From Ostreococcus lucimarinus (Eukaryota): DNA of 64,000 bases. The notes beneath the pieces are model-generated. The model saw only the letters and a list, made by a program, of their open reading frames with translations. It was not told the origin of the DNA and did no database searches. Made by a program: the position numbers and the translations under genes. The stretch is taken from assembly GCA_000092065.1 (NCBI GenBank), contig CP000587.1; one strand, given 5' to 3'. Positions 1-9,399 of the stretch are shown piece by piece (the first letter of the stretch is position 1; the number at the start of each line of letters is the position of its first letter).

Positions 1-180
1 TCACGGTCGTCGTGTCCGCCTCAAAGATCTATTCGTCATTGTGAACGAATCAACACTCGTCAGTCTCTCATTCCGCGTTTTTCATCGTCGCGACGCGCGT
101 TTAACACGATTCGCGTCGCTCAAAGTCGCGTTCGCGTCCGCGTCCCGCTCTAGGGCTTTCACCCATCCACAAAGACGCAC

Positions 181-360
181 CTCGTTGCACGCGATGATTT
201 GGCCGTTCGCCTTCTTCACCTTCTTGAGGCGAGACATGAAGTACCAGAACTTCGATCGCGCCTTGACGTCATCGAGCGCCCACAACTTCATGCGGAACAC
301 CTCCGGCTCGGGGTGCGCATCGGTCGGCACGTGTCGGCCGACGACTTGGTATTGGTGGTA
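181..360 (-). CDS. RPL18A: 60S ribosomal protein L18a (eL20), internal 60-codon exon. The gene is partial: the first exon lies upstream (above 363) and the 3' exons lie beyond the window start.
   Basis: Translation [60 protein letters not shown] matches the conserved eL20 core ([21 protein letters not shown]). The exon is flanked by a CAG acceptor (+361..363 on the minus strand) and a GTGCGT donor (+175..180 on the minus strand). The remainder of ORF 82..738 is Arg-rich read-through. Confidence 0.7.
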
Positions 361-857
361 CTGCGTCGAGCAATCATTCGCGCGTTTTCTCGTCAGTCGA
401 TCGTTCGTCGAGCGCTTCGATCGCGCGCATCGCGAGCATGAAATTATCTTCCCCCGAACGCGCCGCCGCGCGCGCGACGTCCGCGCGCGCGTCCCACCGC
501 GCGCGCGTCGTCCCATCGTCCCGTCGTCGCCCGTAGGGTTTCGCCGCGATCGCTCCGTCCGACGCTTTCGCGTCTCGCGTCGCGCGCGCCGCGCCGCGCG
601 CGCCGCGCGTCGCGCGCGCGCGTCATCGTTTTCGCATCTCGCGCTGTCCACCGCGCGCGCCACGCACCCTAATTTTCGCCATCGTTCGCGACGCGTCGAG
701 TAAAGAGGTCGATGGCGCGGCGCGATGGCGCTCTTCACCGCGGGGCGAGCGACACACGGACCCTCCGGGTATCACACACGCCACCAGACACCCCCCGAAA
801 CGGCCGACGCCGACGCGCGCGCCGCACGCGGCGACGCGCGCCGGCGACGCGCGCGCG

Positions 858-1805
858 ATGTCGCACGTCTCGGCGCGCGCGGCGATGCGGTCGTCGTCGA
901 CGTCGACGGCGACGAGGACGAGGACGAGAACGACGCGCGCGCGCGGAGGGGATCGCGCGGCGCGCGGGGACGGTGGAGGAGGCGCGATTGCGACGGTCGA
1001 GCGCGGTTCGGCGCGCGCGACGACGCTCGGAACGCGCGCGCGACGGCGAGTCCTCGCGCGCGGGACGGCGTCGAGCGGAGACGAGGGACGAGAGCTTCGA
1101 AGACGCGCGGCGGCGGCGGTGGGGCGAGCGGCGGCGGCGAACGCGAGCGCGAGCGCGTCGGCGAACGCGCGGCGACCGAGAGTGGACGATGGAACGCGCG
1201 ATGGAGCGGTCGGGGACACCGCGTTCGAGCGGTCGGGGGGATTACTGTACGTGCGAAATTTCTTTGAACCCGAGACGTTCGAGCGCGTGGCGGCGGAGTG
1301 CGAAAAATTGCGCGCGAGCGTGACGCCGGAAAATAGAGCGTGCGCGCGGCAGAGGCTGGGTGTCATGGTACCGTCGGATAATTTCGTGCACGAAGCCTGC
1401 GTGGCGAGCTCGGTTTCTGATCGCCTGCGATCGTTATTGCTCGGTGAAAATGACGACGCGGGTGCGTTGGTCGCCGGCGACGTACCCGTGGAATTCAGAG
1501 TGTACCCCGTCGGCGGGTCGATGGACTGGCATAAAGACGTCGCGTTGTACACGAAACCGCAGTATGAAATAGTATTCACGGTGACAAACACGAGTGATAG
1601 TACGACGGAGTGGGAAGATGAGAGAACTGGAATGCGTTACGGCGGCTGGACCGAGCCAAACTCGGTCATCATCGTTCGCGCGGATGGCGCTCCGCACAGA
1701 GTGACGGGCGTGACGAGAGGTGAGCGTTCGATCATCAAGTTCGTGCTCACGCAAACGCTGGAGAAGACGGATGATTTCTTTGATAACCTTCTCATCTACA
1801 CGTAG
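858..1805 (+). CDS. 2OG-Fe(II) oxygenase-like hypothetical protein with a long S/T/R/A-rich N-terminal extension (possible transit peptide).
   Basis: The C-terminal half has normal composition and an HxD...H pattern (SMDWHKD ... GAPHRV) typical of the double-stranded beta-helix 2OG oxygenase fold. The overlapping minus-strand ORF 623..1591 is low-complexity Pro/Arg/Ala. The start codon is uncertain. Confidence 0.45.
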   Translation: MSHVSARAAMRSSSTSTATRTRTRTTRARGGDRAARGDGGGGAIATVERGSARATTLGTRARRRVLARGTASSGDEGRELRRRAAAAVGRAAAANASASASANARRPRVDDGTRDGAVGDTAFERSGGLLYVRNFFEPETFERVAAECEKLRASVTPENRACARQRLGVMVPSDNFVHEACVASSVSDRLRSLLLGENDDAGALVAGDVPVEFRVYPVGGSMDWHKDVALYTKPQYEIVFTVTNTSDSTTEWEDERTGMRYGGWTEPNSVIIVRADGAPHRVTGVTRGERSIIKFVLTQTLEKTDDFFDNLLIYT

Positions 1806-1842
1806 TCAGTTAGTGGCTAAACAAGTTGTTGTATAATACAGT

Positions 1843-3408
1843 TTAGCGAGGCATCCGAAATGCCAAGTATCGCCGAACCCATCGCTCGTAATCCTCGCGT
1901 ATGATCTCCCAAATCGCGAGAGACAGCTGCTCTTTCTTCGTCGGAGGGTGAATCATCGTCTTCACTACTGTGTTTCGCAGGGCGATGTTCGATTTTTTGT
2001 TCACGCCAGCGGAGTGACGCCAAATCGCCGACTTTGTTCGATCTGCGACGTCGATGGAGTCACCAAATCCGAATCGCTCGCCAGCTTCAACGATTCTAAG
2101 CCTGACCGCGGGTGCTTGCAAGACGTGTTCTACGCAACTCGACACGTGGAAGTCTACGGCGGCGATCGGTATGTCGTCGCGGCGCATGAAACCACCCCAC
2201 GTCTTGGCTGCATCCGTTGCTTCTCGCGCGGCGTCGAATGCGAGTTCGAGATACGAAAGCCACGGCGACTTATCGTCAATGATTTCCGGATTGCGCAGCT
2301 CGTCGTACTCGAGCGGTACATCATTACTTTTTGCCGTCTGCTTGAACCGATTGAACCATACGTGCGAAAAACCGTGTAACATGGCGACGTCTCCGGGCAT
2401 TCCGCCAAAGTGCGCACGAATCATCAAAGCCTGAACGACGGTGGCCTCGGCCGCCGGCAACGCGGCCTCGACGTCATTGAGCGCGAGCATGCCACTGGCT
2501 GAATCGCCAGCGACGCCGTACGAAACGCTATCTTTGATGCGGATAGCCGCCATTTCGCCAGCTATACGAGCCACCGCGGCGCGCAACGCGTCCGTCGGCT
2601 CGAATCCTTTGCTCGTCGCGCACATGAGCCACGTCAACAGTACGACATCTGGATGCAGGATAGCATCTTCTAATGAAATGATCACGAGTCTACGGACGCA
2701 TTCGATGAGCGCTTGCGGGTCTAAACACATGTGCATGGCTACGCGCGAAGCAGCAGCAGCGCGACCTCGCCTGATATTCTTCTGCAATGCGGATTTGATC
2801 ACGCTCAACTTGAGCTGTTCGCCATCTGCACTCGCTCGACTCGCGCGAACTTCAGCGTACTCTTTCGCGTCCCGTAACGCTTCGCGCAACGCGTTCTCTT
2901 GATCTGGACCATCGTCGCTCGCGACGTCCGTCATCAACTTTAGCGTCGTCGAACACGTCGTACCGCTCGCCAATTTCTCTTTAACCACGACTTGACTCGC
3001 CCACTTCGCCGAAGATTCCGCCTTAATAGATTTCCCCAACGACAACGACACGTCCCAACGTGAACGCGCCGCGTCGTAGGTCAACAAAAATATGCGCTCG
3101 CGCTCGCGCTCGCGCTGCGCCGCCATCATGCTCGCGAAGGCGTTCGTCGCCGGTTTTGGTTTTGTCGCCGGCTGTTTCTCGGCAACCTCAGCATCGCTGT
3201 CGCCATCCTCTCGACGTTCACGTATAATGCACGTCCCGACGTGAGATTCCAAAAGCATCTTGGCAACGTTCTTTGCGCATAAAGGACACCGTTCGAATCG
3301 CGACGATGAATCCGTGGAAGTTCGCGCCTTCTTCGCGCCGTCCGCCGCGCTCGGCGTCTTAACAGCCGGTGCAAAATACGCGGCGATGCTCCCTCGTTTA
3401 TGCGTCAT
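1843..3408 (-). CDS. UBZ4-type (Rad18-like) zinc-finger protein with an uncharacterised C-terminal domain.
   Basis: The N-terminus carries CPLCAKNVAKMLLESHVGTC (a C-x2-C...H-x3-C UBZ4 pattern). It is followed by a roughly 400-aa region of normal composition with no motif I recognise. Confidence 0.55.
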   Translation of the reverse strand: MTHKRGSIAAYFAPAVKTPSAADGAKKARTSTDSSSRFERCPLCAKNVAKMLLESHVGTCIIRERREDGDSDAEVAEKQPATKPKPATNAFASMMAAQRERERERIFLLTYDAARSRWDVSLSLGKSIKAESSAKWASQVVVKEKLASGTTCSTTLKLMTDVASDDGPDQENALREALRDAKEYAEVRASRASADGEQLKLSVIKSALQKNIRRGRAAAASRVAMHMCLDPQALIECVRRLVIISLEDAILHPDVVLLTWLMCATSKGFEPTDALRAAVARIAGEMAAIRIKDSVSYGVAGDSASGMLALNDVEAALPAAEATVVQALMIRAHFGGMPGDVAMLHGFSHVWFNRFKQTAKSNDVPLEYDELRNPEIIDDKSPWLSYLELAFDAAREATDAAKTWGGFMRRDDIPIAAVDFHVSSCVEHVLQAPAVRLRIVEAGERFGFGDSIDVADRTKSAIWRHSAGVNKKSNIALRNTVVKTMIHPPTKKEQLSLAIWEIIREDYERWVRRYLAFRMPR

Positions 3409-3715
3409 CGCCCGAGACGCGCGCTCACCGCGAGTTCACAGTGTTCGTCGTCACCTCTCGCACACTCACTCGTATCGCCTCGCTCAATCCTTTCGCGTCG
3501 TGCAACGACTTCGTAATCAAGATTTGAACTCTCGCGATGGCGTCCTTGGGTTCGATTTTCGACGTCGTCGCGGCGTGGCCTCCGATCTTCTTGCGCGATA
3601 TGGGAAAGTCGTTCGCGCGCGTCTCCCTCGAGCGTTTCATCGACGCGCGACGCGCGGACGAGTGAAGTCGGTGCGCGAGGCGCTGAGTTGTTTTGATTTG
3701 CTCGGGCTATCACAG

Positions 3716-3845
3716 CTATCGCGCTACTTCTACAGTTCTACTCTTTTCCTTCTTTTCCTTCTTTTGCTTCTTCTCCTTCTTGTCCTTCTTCTCCTTCTTC
3801 TCCTTCTTCGCCTTTTCGTTTTTCCGACGCGCGTCGTTCTTCGCA
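3716..3845. repeat. (ctt/ctc)n coding microsatellite.
   Basis: ttccttcttttccttcttttgcttcttctccttcttgtccttcttctccttcttctccttcttcgcc. It encodes the K/E-rich tail of the G-patch-like protein on the minus strand. Confidence 0.85.
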
Positions 3846-4984
3846 ACGTCGTCGTCGTCGTCGTCGCCGAAGTCGGTTCGTCTGACGCCCGTCCACTCGC
3901 TCTTCAACACGCCTCTGCCGCCGAGACCTCGCTTCGTGCCCTTGGCGACGTTTGTTTCGTGCGCGGATTTAAATAAAGCCTCTTGATCGTTCTCGGTGAA
4001 TCCCTTGCCGCGCTTAGCGCGATCGGCGCCGTCTTCGTCGTCCGCGGCGCCGTCGTCGTTCAAGTCGCGCTCGCGTTTCGAGCCGACCAAGCCGCCCCAG
4101 GCGAAACCCGCGCGCGTCCACCAATCGCTGAGTTTGGTGCTCAAAGACTTTTCACCCTCGTACGACACGCCCGAAGGTCTCACCGTCGTTTCGACCGCAC
4201 CTTCGCCGTCGGATTTGCGCTTTTTCTTGTCCTTCTTAGACTTTTCCTTTGGCTTTTTCTTCGTCTCCGCGGCGGCGGGCGCCGACGCGCTCCCGCGTTG
4301 AATCCCATACTTGGCCAACTGTTCCGCCTCAAACTTTGCGATGCGTTCGAGCTTACCCACGCGCCCACCGAACGTGGATCCGCGATGATTATCCTCCGCC
4401 AGCTCTCGCATGAGCTGCAAATCGCTCTTCGATCCGCTAAACGCCACGCCGTCGCGTCCCGTCGCCGTCCCCAGTCTCGCCGCGACTTCATCCTCGCTCG
4501 AATCCTCGCTCTCGCTCGAGTCTCCATCGCGTCCCGACGTCGACGTCGACGACGTCGTCTTCCCATCCTCCTCGCCTCCGACGACGCGCGCAATCTTGCT
4601 CGCCGCGTTCGCGTACGTCCCCTCCCACCACTTTTCGTCCCACGCGTACCTCGTCTTCCTCTTCCCCACGCCCGCGTTATCCTCGCGCTTCACCACCTCG
4701 ATCGCCTCCGCGCGTCCGTGTCGTCTTTTCCCCAGTCCATCGCCCCTGTCGCGCGCGCGGGGTCGTTCGCGCGCCGTCAGTCTCCGCTCTTCTCTTCGGG
4801 GTCGGGCGTCCCGCCGCCGGTCGTCGGTCGCGTCGGTCGCCTCGGTCGTCGGTCGCGCGCACTTGGACCATCCCATCGCGCGCAGCACGCGCTCGCCCAT
4901 GCCGCCGTACGACTTCGCCCCCGGCGCGGCGTCGTGCGTCGGCACCTTCATCGCGTCGTCGCCCGCGCGCGTCTCTGCGGGCAA
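3716..4984 (-). CDS. G-patch-like nucleolar/RNA-processing protein with a Lys/Glu-rich C-terminal tail.
   Basis: The N-terminus carries GMGERVLRAMGWSKC (similar to the G-patch GxxxLxKMGW motif). The C-terminus is KKEKKEKKDKKEKKQKKEKKEK, encoded by a (ctt/ctc)n microsatellite at 3716-3840. The actual start may be the internal Met near 4951. Confidence 0.5.
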   Translation of the reverse strand: MPAETRAGDDAMKVPTHDAAPGAKSYGGMGERVLRAMGWSKCARPTTEATDATDDRRRDARPRREERRLTARERPRARDRGDGLGKRRHGRAEAIEVVKREDNAGVGKRKTRYAWDEKWWEGTYANAASKIARVVGGEEDGKTTSSTSTSGRDGDSSESEDSSEDEVAARLGTATGRDGVAFSGSKSDLQLMRELAEDNHRGSTFGGRVGKLERIAKFEAEQLAKYGIQRGSASAPAAAETKKKPKEKSKKDKKKRKSDGEGAVETTVRPSGVSYEGEKSLSTKLSDWWTRAGFAWGGLVGSKRERDLNDDGAADDEDGADRAKRGKGFTENDQEALFKSAHETNVAKGTKRGLGGRGVLKSEWTGVRRTDFGDDDDDDVAKNDARRKNEKAKKEKKEKKDKKEKKQKKEKKEKSRTVEVAR

Positions 4985-5094
4985 CCGTACCCTGTACGCG
5001 AGTCGCCGTCGCCGGCAACCCCCCTGCGCCGCACCTCGCAGCGCGCTGCACGCGCGAGCGTCGCGAGCGAAACCCGAGACGCGCGTCGCGAGCG

Positions 5095-5739
5095 ATGTTT
5101 AACGCGATGCCGCGCGCGTCGCTCTCGCCCGCGTCGTCCTTGTTCACCTCGCCTCGCGTCGGCGTCGATTCGGACGTGTCTTTGACGAGTGTTGTGGATA
5201 ACCACCATCGGCGGGCGCGCGTCGTCGGTCGTCGCGCGCGACACGTCGCGCGCGCGTCCGAGGTCGACATCGACGCTGGTAAGTACATGCTCGAGCGCGA
5301 GGACTATCTGTTCGTCGATTGCCGTTCGTGGAAGGAGTACGACCGCTCGCACATCACAAAGCCGCCGGCGAAAACAATCAACGTGCCGCTCGCGCAGGAC
5401 GCGAGCGTGGAGGATTGGGTGAAAGCCGCGCGAGAAAAGACGCGACCTGGTATGAAATTGTTGATCGTCGACGCCGATGGGGCGAGAGTGGCGGAGTTGG
5501 TAAGCGGGCTCGAAGCCGCGGGCTACACGAACGCAGTCCCGGTGGCGGGCGGCTACGCGGCGTGGACCGCCAAGTACACCACGTTCGGGCGTAAAGTGCC
5601 ACCGAAAGGGAAATTCGTGAGTACGGGGAAGGAGGCGTTGAAGAGCGGGTTGGATCTCGATCCCAACGTCGCGAGCGCGTACGAGGAAAACTGGGGTCGA
5701 GCGCCGCCGAAGTACGGCGAGGAGGCCAAGTCGGACTGA
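5095..5739 (+). CDS. Single-domain rhodanese-like protein, probably catalytically inactive.
   Basis: Rhodanese-homology signature YLFVDCRSWKEYDRSHI...INVPL. At the expected catalytic Cys loop (LLIVDADGAR) the position is Asp. A Ser/Arg-rich presequence precedes it. The start may be an internal Met. Confidence 0.6.
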   Translation: MFNAMPRASLSPASSLFTSPRVGVDSDVSLTSVVDNHHRRARVVGRRARHVARASEVDIDAGKYMLEREDYLFVDCRSWKEYDRSHITKPPAKTINVPLAQDASVEDWVKAAREKTRPGMKLLIVDADGARVAELVSGLEAAGYTNAVPVAGGYAAWTAKYTTFGRKVPPKGKFVSTGKEALKSGLDLDPNVASAYEENWGRAPPKYGEEAKSD

Positions 5740-5879
5740 GACCACATTCGGCCGATCGCGCGTGTAATTAAAGCATTGATGTCAGAAACGTACATTTCAG
5801 AAATAACCTTCGCCTGCGCTCGGCGTCGTTTCGTGGAGGACGGTTCGCCGCCGTCCGCGTCGCGCGTCGCGCGAGCTCG

Positions 5880-6785
5880 ATGACGACCGCCGCGACGGTG
5901 CGAGTATCGCCAGACTTTGCCTCGCCTCGCGCTATGAGACCGATACCCGGTCCCGCAAACGCCTTCGCGTCGCGTGAAAACATCGCACACGCGCGCGCGA
6001 ACGGTGAAGGCGACGAAGGTGCGCGTGAGGCGACGCCCAACGACGCGACGAGTTCAAATCCCGCGGCGACAGCTGAAGATGTCCTCGACGCCGCGCTCTT
6101 CGCGTCCGCGCCTTGGCGCCGCGCGCTGGACGCCATCGACGTCGAAAACTTCGACCCGAATCGTGCGGAGTGTAAATACAACGTCGCTTGGTTGCGTCGC
6201 GGTGGATGGCGATCGGGAAGGGCGCCGCGCGTGGCGGGCGCGCTTCGCGAGCTCGGCGCTACGTCGAACGGCGACGGCGCGGGAACGCTGTGCGATCCCA
6301 CTGGTGAGATTAGAGTCATCGTGCATCGGGAATTGATGATGAGTGAGCGTGCGCTTGCCTCGGGCTGCGCGGTGGTGCTGCGAGACGTGCCGGTGTTGAG
6401 TGTGGATGCCACGGCGCACGCGCTCGCGGTGACGAGCGAAAACTTAGTGGCGGTGTTTGAGGCAGACGTCGATGCGTACGCTGCGAGCGCAGCGAAGCGA
6501 ACGAGAATCGAGCGCGAAGCGTTGCGAGAGCGGTTAAGAGAAAGCGCGGTGATCGAAGCGGTGAGCGGAGTCGACTGGGAAGACTTTGAAGACGTCGCCG
6601 GAGATTTTTCCGGGTACGGCGGCGACGCGCCACCCTCGGCTGAAATCGACCACAACGCGCGCGATGAAGAGACAGTGCACACGGACGAAATGATGAATGA
6701 TGTGACGACCGCGCCCACGCCCGATGGACCGAGTGACTTCGCGCTGCAGCTTGCGGCGCTCTACGCCGACGACGGGGACGCTTGA
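5880..6785 (+). CDS. Hypothetical protein; the strand choice over antisense ORF 5768..6718 rests on composition.
   Basis: The plus-strand frame has balanced amino-acid composition (e.g. TLCDPTGEIRVIVHRELMMSERALASGCAVVLRDVPVL, OB-fold-like). The minus-strand frame is Ser/Ala low complexity. Confidence 0.35.
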   Translation: MTTAATVRVSPDFASPRAMRPIPGPANAFASRENIAHARANGEGDEGAREATPNDATSSNPAATAEDVLDAALFASAPWRRALDAIDVENFDPNRAECKYNVAWLRRGGWRSGRAPRVAGALRELGATSNGDGAGTLCDPTGEIRVIVHRELMMSERALASGCAVVLRDVPVLSVDATAHALAVTSENLVAVFEADVDAYAASAAKRTRIEREALRERLRESAVIEAVSGVDWEDFEDVAGDFSGYGGDAPPSAEIDHNARDEETVHTDEMMNDVTTAPTPDGPSDFALQLAALYADDGDA

Positions 6786-6901
6786 GTGCTTGACTGCATC
6801 GGCGATCTCTTCATAACCTCGCGCGCGAGAACGACGACGACGAACCAGCGGACTCGTGTTGACGGCGAGATAATCGACAAGCGCTCGTGCAACGCCTGGC
6901 G

Positions 6902-7549
6902 ATGGCGTCAATCCCGACGCTACGCATCGCTTACGCCACGGGTAACCACGGCAAGTTTGCCGAAGCCAAGCACGTATTCAACAGACCGGAAAACCTCGCG
7001 CGAGCGAACGTGATTCTGCAGCAGTTCGACGTGGACACTGTTGAAATACAAGGCTCAAAAGTGGACATCAGCAAGCACAAGCTCAAAGAGGCGGCGACGA
7101 TTCTTTTTCAAGAGGCAGATGCGGGCGATTTTGATTACCTCCTCGTCGAAGACGTGTCACTCGATCTCGACGCCTTGAACGGATTCCCGGGGCCCTATTG
7201 CAAACCCATGCTTGAAGCGATCGGACCCGATGGACTATGGGACGTGATGTCCCGGTACGAAGATCGTAACGCGACGGTTACGTGCACGGTTGGAGCGATG
7301 GCCGTGCGAGCGGGGGGCTCTCGCGAGACGAATGTGTTTATCGGCTCTATCAGGGGAACGATGGTGCCTCCGCGAGGTGAAGTCAAGCACGGCAAGGCGT
7401 CGTGGAACAGCGTTTTCCAGCCCGCGGGATTCGCCAAGACGTTTGGAGAACTGCAGTTCGTGGAGCAAGCGGAGATTTCGCACAGGCGCATTGCGCTTGA
7501 GAAGTTTTTAGGAAACGCAATCGAGGCGGCGACAGAGGTCAACTGTTAG
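6902..7549 (+). CDS. ITPA: Inosine triphosphate pyrophosphatase (HAM1/ITPA family non-canonical purine NTPase).
   Basis: IAYATGNHGKFAEAK, DVSLDLDALNGFPGPYCK, FQP...KTFGEL and EISHRRIALEKF are the characteristic Ham1-family motifs. The start is placed at MASIPTL. Confidence 0.85.
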   Translation: MASIPTLRIAYATGNHGKFAEAKHVFNRPENLARANVILQQFDVDTVEIQGSKVDISKHKLKEAATILFQEADAGDFDYLLVEDVSLDLDALNGFPGPYCKPMLEAIGPDGLWDVMSRYEDRNATVTCTVGAMAVRAGGSRETNVFIGSIRGTMVPPRGEVKHGKASWNSVFQPAGFAKTFGELQFVEQAEISHRRIALEKFLGNAIEAATEVNC

Positions 7550-7599
7550 AAGATCTTGTAGCATGATTATTAGCCATATATAGATAGAACGGTGTCTCG

Positions 7600-9174
7600 T
7601 TAGTAGTACGTCGGATCATCGCGCGAGTTGCGAGACGGCCTCGCCCGTCTAGCATCGCCGTCGTCCCGAAACGGTCGCCTTTCGTCTTCGTAATACTCGT
7701 CCACTTCGTACTCATCTCTTGAGCGACCACCGCGACGTTCATTTTTACTTCGCGACTTGCCGAGCTCGACCGATCGTCGACCGATGAGAAACCAAATCCT
7801 AATCAACAATAGTGCGCGGCTCGGAAGCGAAAATAATTCCTCGACGACAATGTCTCGCCATTCTGCGAGCTGCCGAGCGTCGTTTTGCGACGAAACCTCC
7901 ATGACGGCTTCGTCGTAGTCATCTAACGGCTCGTGATCGTCCGCGAACTCTTCTTCGTGGAAATGCCGACCCAACCTGCGCGGTTGGCGTTTCGCGCCGG
8001 CGTTTCGCGCCGCAACCGCCACGTTCGCCACCGCGGCGAATATCGCGAGCGTCGTGATCCCGGCTGCGAGTGGAAGCACTTGCGATGAGGGTGTCGCGCT
8101 CACACCGACGCTCGATCGGCCACTGTTGCCGTCGAAACCTAGCGTGCTTCCGAGTGCGCCAGTCAGCGCGTTGAATGGATTTTGAGCCGTTTGGCGCGAG
8201 AAGGACGACGCGTCGCTCGCTGCCGACACCCCTCGTCGCGTTGTCATCGCCGACGACGCGCTCTGCGGAGATTTGCGCAAGTCAATCGCCAATGTAGGCG
8301 CTGTTCGACCCGTGGCTTCTTCAGCGAACTCGAGCAAAGCGCCGACGCTTCTGTCGGCGCTCGCGTGGCGGTACACCGGCCCTTTGCCCGCGGGCAAAGC
8401 GACGATGGTTGGAAAAGTCTTGGCGCGAAAGTATTTCGCCGCAAACTGCTTCATCTCAGCGCTATCGCATCTCAGCCGGCACACGCGCACGGTGGGGTCG
8501 TTGGCGTAGCACACCGCTACCGCCGTCCACGCCGGCTGCACGTCGTCGCACCATCGGCAATTCTCCGTCTCCACCAGCAGCATCACCGTCTCGTCCCTGT
8601 GCGTCAGCATCCCCACCACATCATCTCGCGTCAACTCTTCCACCGCGCTCGCGCTCACCACGGCGTGCGTTCGCGTCGTCGGCGCGCTCATCCGTCTCTG
8701 TTCGCTCCTCGACCGTCTCGCTCGCGCGAACTCCGCGTCGCGTTCTCGTTCGCTCATCGCCGTCGTCCGTCGACTCCCGTACTCTCCCACTTCACCTCGT
8801 CTCCATCGTCCATCATCATTCGTCGTCGGAATCAACAGCCGCTGTCCGACGTACAGCGCCGGCGCGTCTTCGTCGTTTCCTTCGTCGTCGAACCGAATCC
8901 CATTCGCCTCGCACACCGCCTCCGCGCTCGTCCCGTGCGCTCGCGCGATCTCGTTCAGCGTGTCCCCGTACATCACCGTGTGCACGTCGTAATCATCCCG
9001 ATCCCGATCCCTCGCTCGCGCGTCGTTCGTTCGCGACGCCCGCGCCGTCGTCGTCGTCGTCGTCGTCCCGCGCGACCGTTGGCGACGATTCCGCCGAAGA
9101 CGACGCCCGTCGCGCGTCGCGCCGCGCTCGATCGCGCGCGTCGACGCCGCGCCGCGCGTCGCGCGCGTCGACAT
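7600..9174 (-). CDS. Membrane protein with a LysM domain and a thioredoxin-like (CxxC) domain.
   Basis: LysM: YDVHTVMYGDTLNEIARAHGTSAEAVCEANGI...LYVGQRLLIP. Thioredoxin-like: LLVETENCRWCDDVQPAW...FPTIVALP. A transmembrane segment follows (LPLAAGITTLAIFAAVANVAVAA). The start codon is uncertain. Confidence 0.6.
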   Translation of the reverse strand: MSTRATRGAASTRAIERGATRDGRRLRRNRRQRSRGTTTTTTTARASRTNDARARDRDRDDYDVHTVMYGDTLNEIARAHGTSAEAVCEANGIRFDDEGNDEDAPALYVGQRLLIPTTNDDGRWRRGEVGEYGSRRTTAMSERERDAEFARARRSRSEQRRMSAPTTRTHAVVSASAVEELTRDDVVGMLTHRDETVMLLVETENCRWCDDVQPAWTAVAVCYANDPTVRVCRLRCDSAEMKQFAAKYFRAKTFPTIVALPAGKGPVYRHASADRSVGALLEFAEEATGRTAPTLAIDLRKSPQSASSAMTTRRGVSAASDASSFSRQTAQNPFNALTGALGSTLGFDGNSGRSSVGVSATPSSQVLPLAAGITTLAIFAAVANVAVAARNAGAKRQPRRLGRHFHEEEFADDHEPLDDYDEAVMEVSSQNDARQLAEWRDIVVEELFSLPSRALLLIRIWFLIGRRSVELGKSRSKNERRGGRSRDEYEVDEYYEDERRPFRDDGDARRARPSRNSRDDPTYY

Positions 9175-9399
9175 CGCGGTCGTCTCCTTCGTGCTTCGCG
9201 CGCGCCGCACTGCCGATCGCGCCGCGCCTCGACGTCGCGCGGCGCCCTTCCCGCCCTCGTCCAGATTTTTTCGTCTTCGCGCGCGACGGGGCCTCGCCGG
9301 CTCGAGGGGCCGCGACGCGTCGGGTGACGATCGCGCGCGGCCACCGGTGCGCGCTGAAGCGACGAGAACGCAAAGAATTTTGGTACAAATTACAATTTT

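Noticed and set aside
623-1591. Many long ORFs in the track that are Arg/Ala/Ser/Pro-rich. Examples: 623..1591 minus, 3983..5185 plus, 5768..6718 minus, 8182..9515 plus, 14147..15139 minus, 18080..19009 plus, 20219..21178 minus, 21571..22890 minus, 34712..36910 plus, 47909..48991 minus, 49490..50797 minus, 54390..57167 plus, 54955..56859 minus, 57875..58876 minus, 60478..61380 minus.
   Set aside because: They are low-complexity translations of GC-rich DNA, usually antisense to a gene with recognisable domains. Stop codons are rare at this GC content, so ORF length alone carries no weight.
7600-9210. Additional selenoproteins among the CxxC/thioredoxin-fold genes (the LysM-Trx protein with CRWC, TXNDC9, the rhodanese-like protein, GST).
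   Set aside because: None of them shows an in-frame TGA at a redox-motif position or a pair of same-frame ORFs split by TGA. Only the GPx does.
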